Shown in pieces: positions 10,268 through 19,765 of a DNA stretch of 64,000 nucleotides. The stretch covers positions 3,648,001 through 3,712,000 of the forward strand of contig CP166615.1 of the NCBI GenBank assembly GCA_041937175.2, written 5' to 3'. This DNA comes from Limnothrix sp. BL-A-16 (GTDB lineage Bacteria > Cyanobacteriota > Cyanobacteriia > CACIAM-69d). A model generated the notes under the pieces. That model had not been told where the DNA came from. It was given only the letters and a program-made list of their open reading frames with translations, and did not search any database. The translations under genes and the position numbers were made by a program. Numbering within the stretch: the first letter of the stretch is position 1; the number at the start of each line of letters is the position of its first letter.

Positions 10268-10707
10268 GCTTGGGGGCTTGGCTCCGAAACCAGCTTGACG
10301 GCGGTGTCCTTGGGTGATGATCGAAAGCGATCGATCAAATCAGCGAAATCGATTGGGCGGTCGCTGAGGCGTGTAGAATGCTCTATTGGGACGCTTGGCT
10401 TGGTATATCCAGCGATCGTTGGGATTGATTGAGATTGATTGTTTTCTCAATTAACCCCAAAATTCGGATGCCTAGTGGCGTGGTGTTGCGCTGTAGATCG
10501 CTTGCTCAAGCGGATTCTTCGGGTGATTTCACGCGGGCCATCTCGAAAACCTTGGACAGCGGGCTTGGGTTTAGTAACTGCCCGATCGGGTAGCCTGCTT
10601 GCCCCTTACGGTCGTGACCCCTCGCCGATCGCTGCCACGAGACTTGTCCCAGTCTTCTTCTAATATTCCTTGAGACCTTAGCAAGACTTTAGAGATTGAG
10701 GTTCACC

Positions 10708-11538
10708 ATGCGATACAAAGCTTTGATCGCCGCGCTTCTGGCCCTGTGCCTGAGTGTGCTAACGGCGGCCTGCGGCGATGCCTCAATGGCCAGCGATCGC
10801 CCCCTGACCTACGAAGAAATTCGGAACACCGGTTTGGCGAATAACTGCCCTGATGTCGATACCGTCACGCGCGGTTCGATCGCCCTTGAAGCAGGTAAAA
10901 ATTACAGCATTCAAGCCCTGTGCTTACAGCCCCTTAATTACTACGTAAAAGAAGAAGGCCTTAACAAGCGCAGAGAAGCGGAATTTGTGGAAGGCCGTTT
11001 GCTAACCCGCAAAACCAGCTCCCTCGACCAAATTCAAGGCTCCCTGGCCGTGAACAGCGATGGCTCGCTGACCTTCACCGAAGAAGATGGCTTTGACTTC
11101 CAGCCTTCAACCGTGCTGCTGCCCGGTGGCGAAGAAGTGCCCTTCCTGTTCACGATCAAGCAACTGGTGGCCACCAGCCAAGCCGGTCAAGCGGCCATCA
11201 CCTCTTCCACCGACTTGAAGGGTCAATTCCGCGTTCCCTCCTATCGTGGTTCCACCTTCCTGGATCCGAAGGGTCGTGGCTTGGCCAGCGGCTATGACAA
11301 TGCCGTGGCGCTGCCCGCTGATGCTGACAGTGATGAGCTGGTGAAAGAAAACGTCAAGAAATACGACATCGGCACGGGCAACATCTCGCTGCAAGTGTCG
11401 AAGGTGGACGCTGACACCAACGAAATTGCTGGCACTTTCGTTAGCTACCAACCCTCAGATACCGACATGGGTTCCAAGAAGCCGAGCGACATGAAGATTG
11501 TCGGTCGCTTCTATGCCCGTGTGGATAGCGATGCCTAG
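10708..11538 (+). CDS. psbO: Photosystem II manganese-stabilizing protein
   Basis: TYEEIRNTGLANNCP, LPGGEEVPFLFTIK, FLDPKGRG..SGYDNAVALP, QPSDTDMG. Confidence 0.97.
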   Translation: MRYKALIAALLALCLSVLTAACGDASMASDRPLTYEEIRNTGLANNCPDVDTVTRGSIALEAGKNYSIQALCLQPLNYYVKEEGLNKRREAEFVEGRLLTRKTSSLDQIQGSLAVNSDGSLTFTEEDGFDFQPSTVLLPGGEEVPFLFTIKQLVATSQAGQAAITSSTDLKGQFRVPSYRGSTFLDPKGRGLASGYDNAVALPADADSDELVKENVKKYDIGTGNISLQVSKVDADTNEIAGTFVSYQPSDTDMGSKKPSDMKIVGRFYARVDSDA

Positions 11539-11669
11539 ACCATAACGAGAAACAAGGGGCAAGTGAACGGCAAGCGCTAGGCGGGGGAAATTGAATCCCC
11601 ATGACAACGCAGCCCTCACACCAAGCCCCCTAATTCTTTGCTTGGGAACTCTTTGCTCGGAAGCCATGC

Positions 11670-12650
11670 CTAATCGGCGTGGCTTCCTTGTTTTTGCACG
11701 TTGTTTTTGGTGGGAATGGCTCCACTGCTTGAGGTTCCTGAGTTTACTGAATTGACTGAAGCGGAAGCTGAGTTGGCTGAGTTTAGAGAGTGGGCTTCGG
11801 GGGCAAAAAAGGGCGTGTATTGCTGGTGTTCGACCCGGAAGACGTTGGCATAGAGGTTGGCGGCGATTTGCTTGCCGGTTTGGGTTAGCTCCAACAGGCC
11901 AAGAGCTGGCTCAATGTACCGGTAAACCACATTCCAATAGAAGCTGGGGTATTTAGCGCGCAAATCATCGGGGCTGTGGTAGCCCAACTGCTGATTGGTG
12001 CCAATTTCCTCAAATTCGTAATAGAGGGCGGGAATTTTTTGTAAATAGCGCGGGTCGGATAGCTGACCGATCAAGTCAGCGGCTCGCACCAGGCCGGGAT
12101 AGCCCACGGTGTCGGCGTGGTCGTTGTCTTGGGGAACGGGGAAGCGGGTGAGTTCAATGTTGTCTTGCACGGCCTGGGTGTCGATGAGGCGGTGCTTTTT
12201 GAAGCGGTCTTTGATGAAGCGTTTGCCCCGATCGACGTGGTAAGGGGCCATGCTGGCATCGGTGGCTCCGGTGGGGAGGGCGATGGTTTCGTCATCAATG
12301 CCGGTGGCGTAAATCCGCTGCTGGGGGCGATCGCGGTGACAAACGCCGCGAACGTAGCCAATGTCGTGACACAGCAGCGAGACATGAAAGAGCAGCCAAT
12401 CTTCGCAGGTCACGCCGCCTTGGCGAATATGCTTGCCTTTCAGGATTTCTTGGCCCACCAGGGTGACGTACATGGTGTGCTCAACGTTGTGGTAGAGCGC
12501 GTCACTGTTGGCGATGTTTTCTAGGGCCATGTTGGCAACCCACCCGAGAATTTCCGCATAGTCCGGTTTCATACCGCCGTAGGTTTGGCGGTAGCCGTCT
12601 GCTAGTTCTCGGGTGAGTTCGTCCACGATCGACTTTGTGGGGTTGAGCAC
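11670..12650 (-). CDS. HD-domain metal-dependent phosphohydrolase (cyanobacterial family)
   Basis: YHNVEHT, LCHDIGY, YHVDR, RAADLIGQ. Confidence 0.85.
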   Translation of the reverse strand: MLNPTKSIVDELTRELADGYRQTYGGMKPDYAEILGWVANMALENIANSDALYHNVEHTMYVTLVGQEILKGKHIRQGGVTCEDWLLFHVSLLCHDIGYVRGVCHRDRPQQRIYATGIDDETIALPTGATDASMAPYHVDRGKRFIKDRFKKHRLIDTQAVQDNIELTRFPVPQDNDHADTVGYPGLVRAADLIGQLSDPRYLQKIPALYYEFEEIGTNQQLGYHSPDDLRAKYPSFYWNVVYRYIEPALGLLELTQTGKQIAANLYANVFRVEHQQYTPFFAPEAHSLNSANSASASVNSVNSGTSSSGAIPTKNNVQKQGSHAD

Positions 12651-12964
12651 GATCGCTACCTCCGCATGAGTCGGCTGAATTGAGAGGGCAAGGCACTCAA
12701 GGGGTTCAAGGCAGTGGTTAAGAAATTGACTGGCGCGAAATCAATTGGTGCGAAATCAATTAGCGCAAAATCAACCTGCATGATGTTTCTATCCTAGCGA
12801 GTGGCCAGCGGGATACGGTGACAGGGGCTGGGATGGGTGGTGATGATGGTGGGGGCCCGGGGCGATCGTATCTTGGTTGTTGCTGCGATCGAACTCGCGA
12901 TCGTTGGTGACCCATACCCCACGTCTGAATTTACACATCCGCTCAACTCCCCCCGCATCTCCCT

Positions 12965-14644
12965 ATGGCGATCGATGAGTTTTCTAGCTCCATGCCTCAT
13001 CAGCCTTCATCTTTCCCATCGCAGCCCGATCGGGATCAGTTTGCCCAGGCGGCGATCGCCCAAATCCCCAAAATTTTGACCCTGTGCGATCGCAACCCCC
13101 ATAGCCCCACCTATGGTTGCTTCGATCGCAACTACTGGCAATACAAAATCGTTGACTTTCCCAGCGGCATGAGCCAGGAATTTGTGCTGCCTCTGGCGCT
13201 GGTTTGGGCCTTGCCTTTACCGAATAATCCTTTTTATCAGCAACCTAACCTCCGGCGCTGGGTTGAAGCAGGCATTCGCTACGGGGCCCAAAGCTCTCAT
13301 CCAGATGGCTCCTGTGATGATTATTTTCCCTTTGAGCGGGCTGGGGGGGCGGCGGCCTTTTCTTTGCTGGCCTGCATTGATGCCTGTGAGCTGATTGGGC
13401 TGGACGATCCGCAAGTTTGGCAATTTTTGAGTCGGCGGGCCGATTGGTTGGCCCATCACCAAGAAAGCGGCCGACTCACCAACCACCAAGCCTTGATTGT
13501 GCTGTGTTTGGAGTTGCTGGGGCAACGGCTCCAGACCGATCGATGGCAACGGGCCAAGGTCGATCGCCTCAATCAGGTGTTGTCTTGGCAAAGTACCGAG
13601 GGCTGGTTTCAAGAATATGAAGGGTGCGATCCGGGCTACCACACCCTCACCATTTCCTGTTTGGCGCGGTTGCTGACTTTACAAGGCGACAAGGCTGATC
13701 CAAGGTTGCAACCCGCCTTAGCCCAAGCGGTGGAATTGGTGCAATGGTTTGTGCATCCCGATGGCTCTTTCGGGGGGGAATATACGAGCCGAAATACCTA
13801 TAATTTCTTTCCCCATGGCTTTGAATTGGTGGGGCAGTGGATGCCTTCGGCTCTGGCAATTAATGACCAAATCTTGCAAGGACTCGCACGGGGATTAGGA
13901 GCCTGTTATGCGGATGACCATATTGTGGGTCATCACACTTGGAATTATTTGTTAGCTTGGCGAGATTTTGTGCCCGATCGCCCGCCTATTCCAGATCCCA
14001 AGCCCCTGCGAGTTTGGCTACCGGAAGCCAGAATTTTGATCGATCGTCGCCAAAACCATGAAGGACACTGGCTGACCTTACTGTTGGCGTTGAACAAAGG
14101 CGGCACTTTCAAAATTTTCCGAAACCAAGAATTATTGGCATCCGATACCCAATTTTCACTGCAAGTTCAGCAGGGCAAAAAACTGAAGAATGCCGTAGGT
14201 CACCTAGTGGATCAATATGATCTGCAAGTGGAACCCGATCGCATTGGCATTTGTGGACAACTGGGCTGGGCAAAACAAACCCTGATGACCCCTAGCAAGT
14301 TAATGATTTTGCGGTTGGTGATGTTGAGCGTGGGGCGCTTTTTTCCGAACCTCATTCGGCGCATTTTGCAGCAGATTTTGATCGTGGGCAAGCGATCGAC
14401 CCCCTATCGCTTCATTCGTCGTTTGGAATGGGTGGAGCAAGGCTGGCGGGTGCAAGATGAGTTGGTCGCTCCCGATTGGCAACCCGTGCAGGAGGTGCAG
14501 ATCGGCACCGATCAAACTTCGATTTATGTGGTGATGAGCCGCACTTACCAAGCAGGTCAGCTCCAAAAAAGCTGGAATTTGACAGCTCAGGTTCAGCATC
14601 TCCAGCCCGGTGAACCCCTGAAGGTCGATCGCCTGTTTTCCTAA
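12965..14644 (+). CDS. Conserved hypothetical protein, probably glycan-related alpha/alpha-toroid enzyme
   Basis: 559-aa ORF with HPDGS, NH and GWFQEYEG.D.GY motifs; adjacent to a UPF0104 gene; function inferred. Confidence 0.6.
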   Translation: MAIDEFSSSMPHQPSSFPSQPDRDQFAQAAIAQIPKILTLCDRNPHSPTYGCFDRNYWQYKIVDFPSGMSQEFVLPLALVWALPLPNNPFYQQPNLRRWVEAGIRYGAQSSHPDGSCDDYFPFERAGGAAAFSLLACIDACELIGLDDPQVWQFLSRRADWLAHHQESGRLTNHQALIVLCLELLGQRLQTDRWQRAKVDRLNQVLSWQSTEGWFQEYEGCDPGYHTLTISCLARLLTLQGDKADPRLQPALAQAVELVQWFVHPDGSFGGEYTSRNTYNFFPHGFELVGQWMPSALAINDQILQGLARGLGACYADDHIVGHHTWNYLLAWRDFVPDRPPIPDPKPLRVWLPEARILIDRRQNHEGHWLTLLLALNKGGTFKIFRNQELLASDTQFSLQVQQGKKLKNAVGHLVDQYDLQVEPDRIGICGQLGWAKQTLMTPSKLMILRLVMLSVGRFFPNLIRRILQQILIVGKRSTPYRFIRRLEWVEQGWRVQDELVAPDWQPVQEVQIGTDQTSIYVVMSRTYQAGQLQKSWNLTAQVQHLQPGEPLKVDRLFS

Positions 14645-14688
14645 AGCCGCCCATCTATCCCTATCATCCTCCCCGCCTGAGACTTGCT

Positions 14689-15750
14689 ATGAAGCGTTGG
14701 GTTTCAATTGCCGTTAGCTTGCTGATTTTGATTGTGATTTACACCCGCATTGACTTTGCTGGGTTGGTGCAGGTGTTTCAGCAATGCGATCCGGTATGGA
14801 TGGCCATCAGCTTAGGAATGGTTGTGCCCTTAACCTTGCTGACCTCCTGGCGGCTGCAACAGTTAATGCCTCGGGGAATGCCCAAAAGCGGGATGCCGCT
14901 AGCCAACCCAGACAGTCGAGAGGATTCAGGATTTGCGAGATCCTCCGCGATCGATCCGGCGGCGGCTTCCGCTGCAACCTTGAGCTTTGGAGAAGCCAAT
15001 CGGCTGATTTTGGCGGCCAGTGTGTTGAATATGGTGCTGCCGTCCAAGATGGGCGACCTGGCCAAGTCCTATTTCATGCGCGATCGAGGCCATTTAGAGG
15101 GTTCCCTGGCCTTTTCGTTGGTGGTGTTTGAAAAGGCTTGCGATATGTTGTCGTTGCTGGTGTGGTGCGGGTTTGGCCTGCTGCTCTATCCCAGCAAGGA
15201 TCCGCTGTTTTGGATCATGACGTTGGCCACGATCGGGGGATTCGTGTCCGGGGTGGCGCTGTTGAGTTGGCCCGCCTTTGCCCGATCGGTCTTTGCCGCC
15301 GGTCAGCGAATCGCCCCCGGCAAGATGCGCCGCAAGCTCGATCGGCTCAGCGACTCCTGGCAACTGATGCATGACTACTTTTGGAGCGATCGCCGCCAAC
15401 TCGCGATCGTCACCCTCACCTCGATCGTGATTTGGTTTCTGCATCTTTTGCAAATCTGGTTTTTCATCTTGGCCCTGCGTGCCTTCGCGCCTTTCCTGGC
15501 TAACTTAGCCCTCTCACCGCTGGCCATTCTGGCTGGTCTGTTGCCCTTAACCTTCGCGGGCGTAGGCACTCGGGATGCGGCCCTCATTTTGTTTTACCAA
15601 CCCTACTTCGCCGCCCCGATCGGGGCCGCCCTTGGGCTGTTGTGTACCTCCCGCTACCTGCTCCCCGCGATCGGAGGGCTACCGTTTTTGGGGCAATACC
15701 TACTTCAGCTCAAACGCTGGCAGCAGCCCCCAGCCGGCCCAGACCAATAA
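14689..15750 (+). CDS. Lysylphosphatidylglycerol synthase TM / UPF0104 flippase-like membrane protein
   Basis: LN.VLPSKMGDL.K, E.ACD, LPLTFAGVGTRD; many TM helices. Confidence 0.85.
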   Translation: MKRWVSIAVSLLILIVIYTRIDFAGLVQVFQQCDPVWMAISLGMVVPLTLLTSWRLQQLMPRGMPKSGMPLANPDSREDSGFARSSAIDPAAASAATLSFGEANRLILAASVLNMVLPSKMGDLAKSYFMRDRGHLEGSLAFSLVVFEKACDMLSLLVWCGFGLLLYPSKDPLFWIMTLATIGGFVSGVALLSWPAFARSVFAAGQRIAPGKMRRKLDRLSDSWQLMHDYFWSDRRQLAIVTLTSIVIWFLHLLQIWFFILALRAFAPFLANLALSPLAILAGLLPLTFAGVGTRDAALILFYQPYFAAPIGAALGLLCTSRYLLPAIGGLPFLGQYLLQLKRWQQPPAGPDQ

Positions 15751-16276
15751 AACCCGCCCCGTTCGTCAGATGTGCCGCACACCCACTTGCAACCCCATCT
15801 TTGCAACCCCCGCCGCCAGTGAATTAGCCAACAAAGCGAATCTCGCATAGGAGCCATGCAAAGTGCGCGAAACCAACCGTCAGAGGATGCCAACAGCCAC
15901 AACCGAGATCCATCAGGCCTTTGCGCGAATTGACCTTGCCCCTTGACCGATTCGCCAGCTCTAACGGGGTCATTTCACAGCCAGGAGCCAACATCGATTT
16001 TTGTTAAAGGTTTTGACCTTTTTTAAAGGAAACATTAAGGATTTCTGACGAAATTCTAGACAATTACCGTTTTTGATCGGGGCAATTTCAGTCTCTTATT
16101 CGCCAGACTAAGTTTTTATACCTAACCTTTGCAAAAAAGCACAAAACTCAGTAAATCCCCACACCACAAAACCCTGAGTTCCCAACAGCCCAGAAATCCA
16201 CCTTCATCACCCTCAGGCTTTAACAACACGGGAGTTTCCTTAATCCTTCGTTGCTCATGCCGAACATCCCTGAAGA

Positions 16277-16322
16277 AACTTAACAACTTGTAATGACCAA
16301 ACCCCTTTTTGCGTTGTATAAA
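16277..16322 (+). promoter_or_regulatory. cpcB promoter (HLR1/RpaB-like repeat on the reverse strand plus -10 TATAAA)
   Basis: TTAACAACTTGTAAT...CGTTGTATAAAG matches the layout recalled for cyanobacterial cpcB promoters; implies a ~300-nt 5' UTR. Confidence 0.6.
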
Positions 16323-16616
16323 GAAATAGCCGAGAGGTGTTTAACAAGCAAACGTTAGTCAACGCGCTACTGCTAGGGATTTTTTTCGGTTCTCATAAAA
16401 CTTGAAAAGTCTCTCAGATTTTGAGCCATGACTGCGGTTAATTTAACCGGCAGATTTGCCATGGCTACCCATTGAGATCCCCAATTTAAGCAAAGCGTTG
16501 CTGAACTAAGACGGAGCTGAAAAACCTTCTCGCACTGCGCTAGCAGGTGAAGGCAGCGAACTGAGTTGTCTACAGCGCAAAACCACAACCAACCTCGACA
16601 AACACCTATTCCTTAG

Positions 16617-17147
<531 letters not shown>

Positions 17148-17213
17148 TCGAAGCTGCCGTGAAGTCACTTAGAATTTCAATTTTCTTTTGACTTCAATCT
17201 CGTCTCGATTTAT

Positions 17214-17406
17214 CGGAAAACAGGGTTTAAAGCCCCGCCCTTTAGGGCGTTTTAGTCGATGGATGGCCGCTAGGCTAGCGGTTTCAGTCTGCGAAGCAGC
17301 CACAAGGCCCAAGAACCTTTCGAGGTGGAGTCGGGTGCTGTGACGTAGAAACCCAAATCGTGAGGTTTGGGAATCCCCGTTCGCTTGCGGCGGGTGAAGA
17401 TGTCAA
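17214..17406 (+). mobile_element. Non-autonomous IS200/IS605 (tnpB-type) miniature element with omegaRNA-like right end
   Basis: Left-end hairpin AAAGCCCCGCCCTTTAGGGCG after TTTAT; right end CCCAAATCGTGAGGTTTGGGAATCCCCG...CGGGTGAAGATGTCAA; degenerate tnpB tail (AARLAVSVCEAATRP); no TIR or TSD. Confidence 0.8.
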
Positions 17407-17440
17407 CAACGCTAACTTTAGAGACACCTAACACGGGACT

Positions 17441-17929
17441 ATGAAGACTCCGATCACCGAAGCTATCGCAGCTGCTGATTCGCAAGGTCGTTTCCTGAGC
17501 AACGCTGAACTGCAATCGGCTCGCGGTCGCTTCGAGCGCGCTCAAGCCAGCATGGAAGCTGCTCGCGCCCTGACCACCAAGGCTGACAGCCTGGTGAGCG
17601 CTGCTGTGCAAGCTGTGTACGGCAAGTTCCCCTACACGACCCAAATGAACGGCGCTAACTACGCCTCGACCCAAACCGGCAAGGACAAGTGCGCTCGTGA
17701 CGTGGGCTACTACCTGCGCATGATCACCTACTGCTTGGTTGCTGGTGGCACCGGCCCCATGGATGACTACCTCATCGCTGGTTTGGCTGAAATCAACAGC
17801 ACCTTCGAACTGTCCCCCAGCTGGTACGTTGAAGCTCTCAAGAGCATCAAGGCTAACCACGGTCTGAGCGGTCAAGCTGCTAACGAAGCAAACACCTACA
17901 TCGACTACGCTATCCAAGCCCTAAGCTAG
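17441..17929 (+). CDS. cpcA: C-phycocyanin alpha subunit
   Basis: [35 protein letters not shown]. Confidence 0.98.
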   Translation: MKTPITEAIAAADSQGRFLSNAELQSARGRFERAQASMEAARALTTKADSLVSAAVQAVYGKFPYTTQMNGANYASTQTGKDKCARDVGYYLRMITYCLVAGGTGPMDDYLIAGLAEINSTFELSPSWYVEALKSIKANHGLSGQAANEANTYIDYAIQALS

Positions 17930-17938
17930 TTGATGCAA

Positions 17939-18030
17939 TCCCGGAAGAGTGTCCGAGCCGGTTGTGGCTGGTTTGCCCAGCAACGGTAACCTGGTTCAAT
18001 TGGTTGGCTCCTCTTCCGGGAGCTTTTTTG
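17939..18030 (+). terminator. Stem-loop after cpcA (partial terminator/mRNA stabiliser)
   Basis: TCCCGGAAGAG...CTCTTCCGGGA with a large loop, followed by a T-tract. Confidence 0.65.
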
Positions 18031-18067
18031 TAAGCCGTGCTTGCTGTGATTTTTGGGAGATTTGTTC

Positions 18068-18934
18068 ATGGCCGTTACTGTTGCTGCTTCGCGCCTGGGG
18101 ACGGCAGCTTATGCAGATGCTGCACCCGTTGAGCTGCGGGCCTATGCTTCGGCAGATGATGTTGAACTGGTGATCCGGGCGGTTTACCGTCAGGTACTGG
18201 GCAACGATTATGTGATGCAATCCCAGCGATTGGTTAGCTCTGAGTCGCTGCTGCGCAATCGTTCGATCACGGTGCAGGAATTTGTCCGCTCCGTGGCGAA
18301 GTCCGATCTATACAAAGAGAAGTTTTTGTATAACAACTTCCAAACTCGGACGATCGAGTTGAATCTGAAGCATCTGTTGGGTCGTGCGCCCTACGATGAG
18401 TCGGAAGTGATTGAACACCTCGATCGCTACCAAAACGAAGGCTTTGATGCTGATATCGATTCCTACATCGATTCCGCAGAATATCAAAACGCTTTTGGCG
18501 AAAATATTGTTCCCTACTACCGCGGTTTCGCGACCCAAACGGGTCAGAAGACCGTGGGCTTTACGCGTATGTTCCACCTGTACCGGGGCTATGCCAATAG
18601 CGATCGGGCACAGATTGAAGGAATCAGCCCGCGTCTAGCCACGGAGTTGGGACGCAATTCCGCTTCGGCCATTGTGGGCCCCTCGGGCAGCAACATTGGT
18701 TGGGCCTTCCGTAATTCGCAAGACCTGGGCCAAGGCAGCCTCACCCCCACCTCTTTTGGCCAAAGCCAAAGCGATCGCCTGTATCGCGTGGAAGCAACGG
18801 GCCTGTTGGGCGCTGGCTATCCGGCCGTGCGTCGCAGCAGCCGCACCTTCACGGTTCCCTACTCGCGGTTGTCGGATCAAATGCAAAAGATCCAACGCCA
18901 AGGCGGCAAAATCGCCAGCGTTACCCCTGTTTAG
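18068..18934 (+). CDS. cpcC: Phycocyanin rod linker polypeptide
   Basis: [31 protein letters not shown]...FG..IVPYYRG, C-terminal CpcD-like domain (QRQGGKIAS). Confidence 0.95.
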   Translation: MAVTVAASRLGTAAYADAAPVELRAYASADDVELVIRAVYRQVLGNDYVMQSQRLVSSESLLRNRSITVQEFVRSVAKSDLYKEKFLYNNFQTRTIELNLKHLLGRAPYDESEVIEHLDRYQNEGFDADIDSYIDSAEYQNAFGENIVPYYRGFATQTGQKTVGFTRMFHLYRGYANSDRAQIEGISPRLATELGRNSASAIVGPSGSNIGWAFRNSQDLGQGSLTPTSFGQSQSDRLYRVEATGLLGAGYPAVRRSSRTFTVPYSRLSDQMQKIQRQGGKIASVTPV

Positions 18935-19285
18935 GGTCTTGGCTTGAAATAAATGGAATGATGACTCAGCCCCATTGGAAGGTTGTGTTGCTTGGTCGCC
19001 CTGCCCTGTACCCAGCTCGATCGGCTTGGATTGTCGGATGGCAACGGCTGCTGACTGGGCTGATGCAGCACAGCGGTGACATGCCGCAACAGGGCCAAAC
19101 CATGAATGGCTGGGACTTGTTTGCTTGCTCCTGTTTGCTTGTAGTGGTTGCGATTGACGAGGTGCAATGATCATGATTCATTCATGCGTTGTACCTCGTT
19201 TTCTATCGTCTTGAGAAAGACAGTATTCCACAGTTAAACTGCGACATTTAACTGCGAAGTTTTTTAACAGTTTGAGGGAGAGTTT

Positions 19286-19540
19286 ATGCTCGGTCAAGCG
19301 CTTGCGGGTTCGTCGGCCAACACCACTGCTGGGGCCCGTGTGTTCCGTTATGAAGTGACGGGTTTGGCTCAAAATGACCAAACCGATCGCCAGTCCTATT
19401 CTGTGCGCAATAGCGGCAGTATCTTCATTAACGTGCCCTATAGCCGCATGAACCAAGAAATGCAACGGATTCTGCGGTTGGGCGGCAAAATCGTCAACAT
19501 CACTCCTGTGGTTGTGGGCGACGAAGGCGCGGCTGAATAG
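19286..19540 (+). CDS. cpcD: Rod-capping linker polypeptide
   Basis: FRYEVTGL, RNSGS.FI.VPYSRMNQEMQRI.RLGGKIV. Confidence 0.95.
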   Translation: MLGQALAGSSANTTAGARVFRYEVTGLAQNDQTDRQSYSVRNSGSIFINVPYSRMNQEMQRILRLGGKIVNITPVVVGDEGAAE

Positions 19541-19702
19541 TTACGGTTCTATCCCCAGATTCTCGGATCGATTCTTGAATCTGTAGGGGTTGGTTCCGGT
19601 GGGCATTAGCCCATGGATCAGGTTCCGTGACTTGCTTGCCAGTTTCATGCCTCTTCGGCATTCCTTTCAATCGCGAAGATCCATCACTACGATCCGTCTC
19701 GT

Positions 19703-19746
19703 AAGCGGGAGTCCAGCTTCAAAATCCGAAGTGGCTCCCGCTTTTT
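19703..19746 (+). terminator. Terminator downstream of cpcD
   Basis: AAGCGGGAG...CTCCCGCTTTTT. Confidence 0.6.
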
Positions 19747-19765
19747 GCATAACAAACCGCATTCC

